64,000 nucleotides of DNA. It comes from Bacillota bacterium. GTDB taxonomy: Bacteria > Bacillota > Clostridia > Christensenellales > CAG-138. The notes beneath the pieces were generated by a model. That model searched no databases. It was not told the DNA's origin and worked only from the letters and a program-made list of their open reading frames with translations. How positions within the stretch are numbered: the first letter of the stretch is position 1; each line of letters opens with the position of its first letter. The translations under genes and the position numbers were made by a program. Positions 1 through 7,281 of the stretch are shown one piece after another. Where the stretch lies: contig JAEXEN010000019.1 in NCBI GenBank assembly GCA_023400985.1, forward strand, positions 1,954-65,953. Reading direction: 5' to 3'.

Positions 1-1
1 T

Positions 2-604
2 AGCGCCGATTTACCCGAGGACAAGGCGAAACGCCTCGACGCCGTCGCCATGCGCGTGCTTACGCACAATAAGCTTACCATTGCGACGCTTAAAAAGCGC
101 AAGGATTACGCTCCCTACATCAAACAGGTGTTTGAACTTTTAAATGTAGCGTATTCCAGGCTTTACAGCGTCGTGCCGCTGAATGAGAGGCAGATCGAGC
201 GTTACTGCAAAAAATTCATCCCGCTCATAGACCCCGATTATACCTGCTTCGTGATGGATGAAAACAACAAGCTCGCTGCGTTCGGCGTGGCCGCGCCGTC
301 GCTCGCCAAGGCTATGAAGAAAAGCAACGGCAGGCTGTTCCCGTTCGGCGCGTTCCGCGTGCTGTACGCGCTCAAGCATAACGATACGCTCGACCTTTTC
401 CTGATCGCCGTCCGCCCGGATCTGCAGGGGCAGGGCGTAAACGCGATTCTGCTCGACCACATCATGAAAAACAGCCTGCGCAACGGCATCCGCTTCGCAG
501 AGACCGGCCCGCAGCTCGAGTACAACGAGAAAGTGCAGGCGCAATGGAAAAACTTTAAAAAGGAGCAGCATAAGCGCCGCCGCTGCTACGTCAAGCAGAT
601 TTAA
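2..604 (+). CDS. GNAT-type N-acetyltransferase; 5' end probably lies outside the window (first in-window ATG at 50)
   Basis: The frame is open from position 2. It has an acetyl-CoA motif-A-like 'LIAVRPDLQGQGVNAILLDHI'. Confidence 0.55.
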   Translation, partial: SADLPEDKAKRLDAVAMRVLTHNKLTIATLKKRKDYAPYIKQVFELLNVAYSRLYSVVPLNERQIERYCKKFIPLIDPDYTCFVMDENNKLAAFGVAAPSLAKAMKKSNGRLFPFGAFRVLYALKHNDTLDLFLIAVRPDLQGQGVNAILLDHIMKNSLRNGIRFAETGPQLEYNEKVQAQWKNFKKEQHKRRRCYVKQI

Positions 605-697
605 AAGCATCCATAAATATAAGCCGCCCCGTGCAAACTATGAGGCAAGAGGAGCCGAAACCTTTCCTTGCTTTCAATGAAACGGGGCGGTATTTTT

Positions 698-1075
698 ATG
701 TTGAAAAAGCTGAACAAAAAAGCCCTTCTCGCGGGGCTTCTCACGGGAATATGCAACGGGTTGTTCGGCGCGGGCGGCGGCATGGTCGCCGTGTTCGCGC
801 TAAAATCGCTTACGGGCTATGAACAATCGCGCGCGCATGCGACGGCCATCAGTGTCATGCTGCCGCTCACGGCTGTGAGCGCGCTTGTTTATGTATGCAA
901 CAGCGCGGTGGACTGGACCGCGGTTTTATATGTTGCGCCTTCACTCACGCTTGGCAGCGTCTTGGGCGCAAAGCTCACGGGGAAATTAAGCCCCAAATGG
1001 CTCAACCGCATCTTTTCCGCTTTGATGCTCTTTGCCGCCGTGTGGATGCTATTCGCTCCCTCTATAAAATCATGA
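698..1075 (+). CDS. Half-size (about 4-TM) TauE/SafE (TSUP) family membrane protein, first of an adjacent pair
   Basis: Gly-rich TM1 'GLFGAGGGMVAV' and a C-terminal 'LGAKLTGKLSPKWLNRIFSALMLF' typical of the TSUP repeat unit. ATG 698 is preferred over 668/677 because of the upstream GGGGCGG. Confidence 0.6.
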   Translation: MLKKLNKKALLAGLLTGICNGLFGAGGGMVAVFALKSLTGYEQSRAHATAISVMLPLTAVSALVYVCNSAVDWTAVLYVAPSLTLGSVLGAKLTGKLSPKWLNRIFSALMLFAAVWMLFAPSIKS

Positions 1076-1440
1076 ATTGGCTTATCTACATCGCGTTTGG
1101 CCTTCTTTCCGGCGTTGCGGCGGGCATGGGCATGGGCGGCGGCACCATACTCATTCCTGCGCTCACGCTCTTAATATCGCTCGACCAGCATGCGGCGCAA
1201 GGCGTAAACATGCTCGCCTTTTTACCGGCGGCGGCGGCCGCGCTGTTTATCCACAAAAAAGAGGGCAGGCTTAAGATGAAGGAATGTATTCCCATCATCC
1301 TCGCCGGTATTGCGGGCGCGCTCATGGGCGCGTTTGGGGCGGGCTACATTTCCTCGCCGTGGCTCAGACGCCTGTTTGGCATGTTTTTACTTGCGCTCTC
1401 CATCCTCCAGTTTATACAGGGGGAAAAGAAGGCGCGGTAA
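1072..1440 (+). CDS. Half-size TauE/SafE (TSUP) family membrane protein, second of the pair
   Basis: 'GVAAGMGMGGGTILIPAL' and 'GAGYISSPWLRRLFGMFLLAL'. The start overlaps the upstream stop (ATGA), implying translational coupling. Confidence 0.6.
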   Translation: MNWLIYIAFGLLSGVAAGMGMGGGTILIPALTLLISLDQHAAQGVNMLAFLPAAAAALFIHKKEGRLKMKECIPIILAGIAGALMGAFGAGYISSPWLRRLFGMFLLALSILQFIQGEKKAR

Positions 1441-1520
1441 CGGAACGTATACATACCTTCACATTTTGGGGGTGGCCGCAATATTATATAGCGTGACACC
1501 AACAAAGGAGGTAGAAAAAC

Positions 1521-1877
1521 ATGCGGAACAATTGGGATTCGCAGAGTGGCGGTAGCTGTGGGTGCGAACAGTATTGGAATCCTTGGGAATATCAGGCGCA
1601 GGAACAATATCATGATCAGGGGCAATATTATGAACAGAATCATTGTTATGATCAGGATCCCGATTATGATCAGAAGAGTCCGGATTATGATAGGGATTGC
1701 AACTGCAAAACCATCATAGAAGGCGTCGGTAACAGCAACATAAACGTGAATGTCGATAATGAAAACATACTTGTGGCCGTTCTCGTGCTGGTGGACGCAC
1801 TGCTCAGCGGCGGTGTCGATACAAGTGCGCTGCGCGCCTATGTGGAAAGCCGCGCAAACATGAATACGAGCGGTTAA
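1521..1877 (+). CDS. Hypothetical small protein with an Asp/Gln/Tyr-rich, Cys-containing N-terminal half and a hydrophobic C-terminal segment
   Basis: Strong RBS (AAAGGAGG, 8 nt before the ATG) and a clean terminator downstream. I recognise no family. Confidence 0.5.
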   Translation: MRNNWDSQSGGSCGCEQYWNPWEYQAQEQYHDQGQYYEQNHCYDQDPDYDQKSPDYDRDCNCKTIIEGVGNSNINVNVDNENILVAVLVLVDALLSGGVDTSALRAYVESRANMNTSG

Positions 1878-1903
1878 TTAAAAAACAACTGATAAGCCTC
1901 ACT

Positions 1904-1933
1904 GCGTCCGGCGAAACAGCCGGACGCTTTTTT
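1904..1933 (+). terminator. Rho-independent terminator
   Basis: 9-bp stem gcgtccggc/gccggacgc, loop gaaaca, followed by T6. Confidence 0.8.
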
Positions 1934-1947
1934 ATCGTTTTTGTCTC

Positions 1948-2199
1948 TCAGCCGTCTATGCGTTCACCGTGAAGGATTACCCGTCCTCCGTCCGGACATT
2001 TTACGTCAAACGCGGGGGCTTTGACATCACTGTAATCTAAAACCGCTCCGTTTTGCAGCGCATAGACCGACGGATAAGCGCAATTCCATAGCTCATGGCA
2101 CAGAGGCGGGCATAGATCTTCCACAATAAAACAATCGCCCGCTTTGTGATAGCCACACCGGCATTTGCTTTCAACAACCGTTATTTTGACCTTCGACAT
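1948..2199 (-). CDS. TIGR04076-family small Cys-rich protein
   Basis: 83 aa with 'ESKCRCGYHKAGDCF' and 'CPPLCHELW', as I recall for the TIGR04076 family. Confidence 0.6.
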   Translation of the reverse strand: MSKVKITVVESKCRCGYHKAGDCFIVEDLCPPLCHELWNCAYPSVYALQNGAVLDYSDVKAPAFDVKCPDGGRVILHGERIDG

Positions 2200-2268
2200 A
2201 TGTTGAGCCTCCGATTAATTGGAAGTTGTCATGCCCACGCTATGTTTGCAATTTGCGTTTCCGAACAG

Positions 2269-2607
2269 TTAAAGAATATCATCAGGGCTCCGATACTTGG
2301 ATTGATTTGTGTTAAAACCTTCGGGGTATCTCTTTTTGAGTTTATCGATATTTCTTTGCAAAATTTCTTCAAGCGAAATGTCAAGTGCGGTTGCCGTTTC
2401 AGCAAGATACCATGCAATATCGCCTAGCTCTTTTATAAGGTGTTCTTTATCGAGTCCGTGCCCTTGTGCAAGCCATTTCTTTACAATGTCGATTGCTTCT
2501 CCCGATTCACCGCACAACCCCATCACACCGTTGATCAAAATATCCTTTTTATCTAATTGCGGATTGAGGGTTATCATCGCTGATTTTTGATATTCATTAA
2601 TCGTCAC
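2269..2607 (-). CDS. MazG-like nucleotide pyrophosphohydrolase domain protein
   Basis: 'GLCGESGEAIDIVKK', 'ELGDIAWYLA' and 'NIDKLKKRYP' are EExxE/D-type MazG helices. The gene is visibly more AT-rich than the window average. Confidence 0.7.
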   Translation of the reverse strand: MTINEYQKSAMITLNPQLDKKDILINGVMGLCGESGEAIDIVKKWLAQGHGLDKEHLIKELGDIAWYLAETATALDISLEEILQRNIDKLKKRYPEGFNTNQSKYRSPDDIL

Positions 2608-2816
2608 AAGAATTTTTCCCCTTCTTAATCTTACAGATAACTTCCCGTTTATCTCCCAATAATTATAACATGCTTGCGATGAAATGAGTTCTTATATGCG
2701 AATATTGTTCATACCGTATCGTTTGATGTGCATCCTGTAGCTTTGATAAATATAATTGGTAAAACGAATAAAACGCCATAACATATGGGGCGGAAGGAGG
2801 GGGTGCCACGAAAGAG

Positions 2817-3310
2817 TTGGATGAACTTGCGGTGGAAGCCGCGCAAAATGATGAGGCTGGAGCGCAGCTTATCATGTGTTGTGAGCGCTTGATTATAAAC
2901 CGCATTTCGGTGCGTACTCAGGTGCGTAAGTAAAAGTAATGATGAATGGTGGTTGCCCTGATCGCTTTTTCGCAGGCAGCAGATACCTATGGCAGCGGTA
3001 GCGGCAGTTCTTTGAAATACGCGGAAGTGAACATACGCAGCCGTTTTATAGGTCAACTTCGCAAGCAGTTTAGGTTCAAGCCCGAGTATACCGTATCGTC
3101 GGAGGTCTTTTCCGTGTAAGCGGAGGAGAATTCCGGATTTTCGTTTATAGAAAGCCGTTATGCTACAAACGGTTTCTAATGCGGGTGATCATGCCATAAA
3201 ATGTGAGGTCAAGGCTGCCAACGCGCTCTTTCAAGAATACGGCTTTTGCTTCTACGATTTGGCGGCTTCTTTATCCAATAACGAAAAAACCCGTAATTGT
3301 GCGCAGGGGT
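2817..3310 (+). pseudogene. Degraded SigI-like (sigma-70 family) sigma factor gene
   Basis: Fragments 'ELAVEAAQNDEAGAQLIMCCERLIINRIS', 'VVALIAFSQAADTYGSGSGSSLKYAEVNIRSRFIGQLRK' and 'EVKAANALFQEYGFCFYDLAASLSNNEKTRNCAQ' are collinear with SigI-type region 2 and linker. They are interrupted by in-frame stops (taa aag taa tga tga at 2931-2945) and later frame changes. There is no region 4. Confidence 0.5.
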
Positions 3311-3371
3311 TTTGTTTCGCGTTTTTTTGTCTAATATCTCTTGGCCAGTTCGATAAGCGGCCATTTTGCTT

Positions 3372-3400
3372 TGGAGGCGCCACACGGAATCGAACCGGGC
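3372..3400 (-). repeat. Partial tRNA 3' end (T-arm, acceptor, CCA); direct repeat of the tRNA-Cys 3' end, att-like
   Basis: tggaggcGccacAcggaatcgaaccgggC versus 5958-5986 tggaggcAccacCcggaatcgaaccgggG. I count 26 of 29 identical, in the same orientation. No matching 5' acceptor strand follows. Confidence 0.7.
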
Positions 3401-3772
3401 AGATACCTGCTTTTAAAAACATGCAACAACATAAAAGTCCAGAGAATGAGGGCTTTTTTGTCAGCGTGCGTTTGCGGGTGCTGAAAGTCGCCAGAGGGTA
3501 AGGCAGAATATGGTTTTATAATATTGTTTTCGTTACAAACAAAAGCCACCCTCGCATAGAATGGCGGGGGTGTTGTGCTTCATCCCTTGGGGTGTTTGTC
3601 TTTGTTGTGGATCATTGACCTGTTGTGTTGTCCACAGCGCCTTTAATACCTTGATTGTTTTCTTCGGAAAGATTGGGATCCGAAATGTTCAGTTTTGCTG
3701 TCCTAAGTTTAACCGTTGCTCATAAAATTTGGATTTATCACCAAAATAGGCGTAGCAAAAGAGGTGACAAGC

Positions 3773-4360
3773 TTGGGATTTAATCAGGAGCTGCTAACGG
3801 AAATAGATCGCATTATCGCCCAATATACGGTTGTGCACGATGAACTAGAACAGCTATGGGCAACGCAAATAGTGTTTACGTGGCATTGGTGGCTTGACGT
3901 CGCGCTATCCGTACTACCGTGGATACTTTGGATCATCGTGCGGGATAAAAAAAATACGCATAGCTTACTTTATGCGGGCCTTTTTACGATGTTGGTGGCA
4001 TCGTTCCTATGCATGATCGGGGTATCGCAAGAAGGCTGGAATTATAATACCTTGCTCTTGCCTTATTTTCCGGAGTTTCTCCCGTGGGATTTGTCAGTCA
4101 TGCCGGTAACAGCGATGTTATTCTACCAATTTTTCCCCAAGATAAACCCCTGGATCAAAGGTATCGTATTCACCACGGTTGCCTCTTATGTGGTTGAGCC
4201 CATATTCATTTGGCTTGGGCTGTATGAACCAAATAACTGGGAACATCATTATTCGTTCCCTATTTATTTTTGTATCTATATGATAGGGTACTGGCTATAT
4301 AACAAAAATCGAAGCGAGGCTGAGCACAGGTATGCCAGCAAACTTAAAAGCAATGATTAG
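3773..4360 (+). CDS. Polytopic membrane protein, possibly CBO0543 family
   Basis: TTG 3773 lies 6 nt after GAGGTG (the track start at 3716 is less likely). 'VFTWHWWLDVALSVLPWILW...DLSVMPVTAMLFYQFFP...NWEHHYSFPIYF' resembles my memory of the CBO0543 family. Confidence 0.45.
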   Translation: MGFNQELLTEIDRIIAQYTVVHDELEQLWATQIVFTWHWWLDVALSVLPWILWIIVRDKKNTHSLLYAGLFTMLVASFLCMIGVSQEGWNYNTLLLPYFPEFLPWDLSVMPVTAMLFYQFFPKINPWIKGIVFTTVASYVVEPIFIWLGLYEPNNWEHHYSFPIYFCIYMIGYWLYNKNRSEAEHRYASKLKSND

Positions 4361-4374
4361 AAAACGGTGGAGCT

Positions 4375-5628
4375 ATGAAAGGTAAAACCATAAGCGATGG
4401 CTCCAAACGGCGGCAAATAGCTTATGTCGGCGCATGGAACACGATACTTTTGGACCTGCGAAACCCCTATATTATCACATACTGGTCGATGTCATTTGCA
4501 GGGTTTGGACATATCCTGTTAGATAGGTATTTTCGTGGATTTATATTTCTCACTTCGGAAATATTCCTGAACAAAGCTGCAAACCTTAATGTGGCGATCT
4601 ACTATACATTGACAAAACAATTCGATTTGGCAAAGCAAGTGCTTGATATCAGATGGCTGATGACCTATCTGGCAGTATATTGCTTCTCGATCTTTGACAG
4701 CTACCGTGATGCCGTTACTATTAACAACACATATATCTTGGCCGCGAGAGAAGATGCCTATGTGAATTGCTTTGCAATCGATTCAGGCAGTTTTAACAGC
4801 TTGAATACTGTGCCACCATGGATGACGATGCTATGGTCCGCGGTTCTGCCTGGGGCCGGATGCATCCTAACGCCGCGGATGAATCGGGCCCTATTTCTCA
4901 TACCCCTTTGGATAATCACCGCTTATCTGTCAGGATTATATCCGGCGGTCCTATATACATTTGCCGGGGAGTTTGAACTGGCAAAATCGGTTTTGGATAT
5001 TCACTGGTTGCTTAATATACCGTCGTTCTGGTTTTTTGCTATATATGAGGCTTACTCCTGTGCAGTCGAGAACAATAAACTGTGTCGCTGGGAGTTAGGA
5101 AAATTCTTAAAAACCGAATACCAAAGCAAACAATTCATCATGCCCGATAGGGCTGAAAGGGCACCCGATACGATGTACCTGTTATCGAGCTTTGAACATT
5201 CCAATAAGCTGGAAGCGGCAATTACGGAATTGCAAATGAGGGGTGTACCCAAAACCTCTATATTGGCCGTCCCACTTGATAAAAAAAACGAAGGGCGCGC
5301 GCTATTTGATTCCGTTCATTCTTCCGATGGTATTAGTATGTTGGCTCTCCCATTAATCCTATCGATGCTCGGCACATTCTTTGGCGTAATTTACGGATTT
5401 CAATTGGCATGGGGCCCTATCCTATGGGGAGTCATTGGGGCTATTATCAGTTTTGTGGTGGGCCTTGCTCTTCGGCTGCTGGTAGCTAAAAAAAGCACGA
5501 ACGATCAAAATAGGCGGAACAAGCATGATGTAATTCTAATCGTCCGATGTGAAAAGGAACAGACCGATATGGTTGAAAATACGCTGTGGAGCAATGCCGC
5601 AATAGGAGTAAGCCAAGTGGATGTGTAG
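4375..5628 (+). CDS. Hypothetical membrane protein with an internally duplicated ~95-aa module and a soluble-plus-TM C-terminal region
   Basis: Residues ~30-128 and ~157-250 align without gaps (WS..(F/L).G.G.IL..R..R... and FDLAKQVLDIRWL / FELAKSVLDIHWL). There is a Gly-rich TM stretch near residue 330. Confidence 0.55.
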   Translation: MKGKTISDGSKRRQIAYVGAWNTILLDLRNPYIITYWSMSFAGFGHILLDRYFRGFIFLTSEIFLNKAANLNVAIYYTLTKQFDLAKQVLDIRWLMTYLAVYCFSIFDSYRDAVTINNTYILAAREDAYVNCFAIDSGSFNSLNTVPPWMTMLWSAVLPGAGCILTPRMNRALFLIPLWIITAYLSGLYPAVLYTFAGEFELAKSVLDIHWLLNIPSFWFFAIYEAYSCAVENNKLCRWELGKFLKTEYQSKQFIMPDRAERAPDTMYLLSSFEHSNKLEAAITELQMRGVPKTSILAVPLDKKNEGRALFDSVHSSDGISMLALPLILSMLGTFFGVIYGFQLAWGPILWGVIGAIISFVVGLALRLLVAKKSTNDQNRRNKHDVILIVRCEKEQTDMVENTLWSNAAIGVSQVDV

Positions 5629-5677
5629 ATTCTGTGCCAATTGTTTTTCTAAAAATACCAGCATCGGCTGCGGATAA

Positions 5678-5866
5678 TTAAGCAAAAAGCCCCGTCGCGC
5701 CCATTCCTGTAACTATGCAAATATTCTGTATAACGGCGAGGTGGACGTGATTGCAGCGCAGAAGTGGCTGGGGTATGCCGATGCCAAAACCACCCTTTCG
5801 ATTTGTTCGCATTTGTCCCAAGAATGCGAGCTGCAAAATATCAAGAAATTAAATGCCGTGTTTTAG
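5678..5866 (+). pseudogene. Tyrosine recombinase (phage-type integrase) C-terminal remnant
   Basis: 'HSCNYANILYNGEVDVIAAQKWLGYADAKTTLSICSHLS' matches the R-H-x-x...LGH.....T...Y.H box II region. There is no start codon, a stop lies directly upstream at 5675, and Cys sits where the catalytic Tyr is expected. Confidence 0.6.
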
Positions 5867-5910
5867 AAGGTGATCCTAAAGTTGCCAGAAACGAAGTAAG
5901 CTGACTAACG

Positions 5911-5956
5911 AAAAACCCCGGAAATGCCTAAATTAAGGAATTTCGGGGTTTTTCGT
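5911..5956 (-). terminator. Hairpin terminator after the tRNA operon (A/T runs on both sides, so possibly bidirectional)
   Basis: aaaaaccccggaaat...atttcggggttttt, immediately 3' of tRNA-Cys. Confidence 0.6.
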
Positions 5957-5957
5957 G

Positions 5958-6031
5958 TGGAGGCACCACCCGGAATCGAACCGGGGATGAAGGTTTTGCA
6001 GACCTCTGCCTTACCGCTTGGCTATGGTGCC
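5958..6031 (-). tRNA. tRNA-Cys (GCA), CCA encoded
   Basis: The reverse complement ggcaccatagccaagcggtaaggcagaggtctGCAaaacc...ggttcgattccgggtggtgcctcca folds as a 74-nt cloverleaf. Confidence 0.9.
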
Positions 6032-6035
6032 GTTT

Positions 6036-6111
6036 TGGAGCGGGAAACGGGGCTCGAACCCGCCACCTCCGCCTTGGCAAGGCGGCGCTCTACCAAATGA
6101 GCTATTCCCGC
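6036..6111 (-). tRNA. tRNA-Gly (GCC), CCA encoded
   Basis: gcgggaatagctcatttggtagagcgccgccttGCCaaggcgg...gggttcgagccccgtttcccgctcca, 76 nt. Confidence 0.9.
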
Positions 6112-6114
6112 AAT

Positions 6115-6190
6115 TGGTGCCTCAGAGTGGAGTTGAACCACCGACACAGGGATTTTCAGTCCCTTGCTCTACCAGCTGAGCTACCGAGGC
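6115..6190 (-). tRNA. tRNA-Phe (GAA), CCA encoded
   Basis: gcctcggtagctcagctggtagagcaagggactGAAaatccc...ggttcaactccactctgaggcacca, 76 nt. Confidence 0.9.
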
Positions 6191-6193
6191 AAA

Positions 6194-6270
6194 TGGCGAC
6201 CCGGAGGGGGCTCGAACCCCTGACCTCCAGCGTGACAGGCTGGCATTCTAACCAACTGAACTACCGGGCC
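6194..6270 (-). tRNA. tRNA-Asp (GTC), CCA encoded
   Basis: ggcccggtagttcagttggttagaatgccagcctGTCacgctgg...ggttcgagccccctccgggtcgcca, 77 nt. Confidence 0.9.
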
Positions 6271-6273
6271 ACA

Positions 6274-6349
6274 TGGTGGGAGCAACAGGGCTCGAACCTG
6301 TGACCCCTTGCTTGTATGGCAAGTGCTCTCCCAGCTGAGCTATGCTCCC
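6274..6349 (-). tRNA. tRNA-Val (TAC), CCA encoded
   Basis: gggagcatagctcagctgggagagcacttgccaTACaagcaag...ggttcgagccctgttgctcccacca, 76 nt. Confidence 0.9.
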
Positions 6350-6377
6350 AAGCGTCGCCGATGCGACCGCGAACAAT

Positions 6378-6407
6378 AGTATACCGCATTTTTTGGCGCG
6401 GTGTCAA
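6378..6407 (-). promoter_or_regulatory. Candidate sigma-A promoter of the tRNA operon
   Basis: Minus strand TTGACA, 18 nt, TATACT, about 25 nt upstream of tRNA-Val. Confidence 0.5.
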
Positions 6408-6554
6408 CGACTGCCGCATACTTTTCTACGCTCGCGCGAATACTTTTCTTTGCACCCGTGAAAAGGCGGCTGTTGCCGGGCGTACCGATGGGGAAAAGTC
6501 GTCTCGATTAGGTGCACCGTCACCATTTTTTAACATTTTGAGTGCGTTTTAAGA

Positions 6555-6583
6555 TTGACAAATATAATTTTGCGCAATATAAT
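6555..6583 (+). promoter_or_regulatory. Consensus sigma-A promoter
   Basis: TTGACA (6555-6560), 17 nt, TATAAT (6578-6583), upstream of the FMN reductase gene. Confidence 0.7.
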
Positions 6584-6649
6584 TTAAGAAAACAAAGCAA
6601 TACGCCACAGGCGAAGTAAAACGAGCTTTTTCAGGAGGTTATATAGAAT

Positions 6650-7216
6650 ATGTTGAACATAGGCATCATCATAGGCAGCACAAGGCCGGGCCGCAAGGCG
6701 GAAACGGTCGCAAAATGGGTGTATGAGATCGCGAAAAAGCGCACGGACGCAAGCTTTGAGGTCGTGGACATCAAGGATTACAATCTGCCCCTTATGGATG
6801 AGCCCTTCCCGCCCTCTATGGGCATGTACCAAAATGAGCATACCAAGGTATGGGCCAAAAAAATCGCGCAGTTCGACGGCTTCATTTTCGTGACGCCGGA
6901 ATATAACCACACCATCCCCGCCGCGCTCAAAAACGCCATCGACTATCTCTACGCCGAGTGGAACGATAAGTCCGCGGGCTTTGTGAGTTACGGCTCCGTA
7001 GGCGGCATCCGCTCCGTGGAACATCTGCGCGAGATCTGCGGATTCCTGAGGCTTGCGAACGTGCAATCGCAGGTAGGGCTTTCGCTCTTCACCGACTTTG
7101 AGAACATGACCGAATTCAAGCCCGACCCCCGTCACAACAAGGAAGTGGAGAAGCTTCTCGACGACGTGATCCTTTGGGGTGGGGCGATGAGGACCGTCCG
7201 CGAGGCGAAGAAGTAA
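6650..7216 (+). CDS. NAD(P)H-dependent FMN reductase family oxidoreductase
   Basis: 'IGIIIGSTRPGRK' and 'FVTPEYNHTIPAALKNAIDYL' are typical of the FMN_red family. Confidence 0.8.
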   Translation: MLNIGIIIGSTRPGRKAETVAKWVYEIAKKRTDASFEVVDIKDYNLPLMDEPFPPSMGMYQNEHTKVWAKKIAQFDGFIFVTPEYNHTIPAALKNAIDYLYAEWNDKSAGFVSYGSVGGIRSVEHLREICGFLRLANVQSQVGLSLFTDFENMTEFKPDPRHNKEVEKLLDDVILWGGAMRTVREAKK

Positions 7217-7233
7217 AGCTTATTGAATTTCAA

Positions 7234-7277
7234 ACAGACGCCGCCGAAAGAATTTCGGCGGCGTCTGTTTGTTGTTT
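7234..7277 (+). terminator. Rho-independent terminator between convergent genes
   Basis: Perfect 16-bp stem acagacgccgccgaaa/tttcggcggcgtctgt followed by a T-rich tract. Confidence 0.8.
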
Positions 7278-7281
7278 GATG

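Larger units (their letters stand above)
3372..5986. mobile_element. Remnant integrative island at the tRNA-Cys 3' end, bounded by the partial tRNA direct repeats
   Basis: The direct repeats are at 3372-3400 and 5958-5986. An integrase C-terminal remnant abuts the intact tRNA. The interior is visibly AT-richer than the flanking genes. Confidence 0.5.

Noticed and set aside
3160-3501. A 113-aa ORF spanning the end of the sigma-factor remnant and the tRNA-Cys fragment.
   Set aside because: It is a chimeric read-through of a pseudogene fragment into the att-like repeat. It has no RBS. The first part is better explained as the SigI-like linker remnant.
6097-6552. ORFs 6097-6303 and 6316-6552 on the plus strand.
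   Set aside because: They read across the antisense of the tRNA-Gly, Phe, Asp and Val genes and the tRNA promoter region, so they are not coding.
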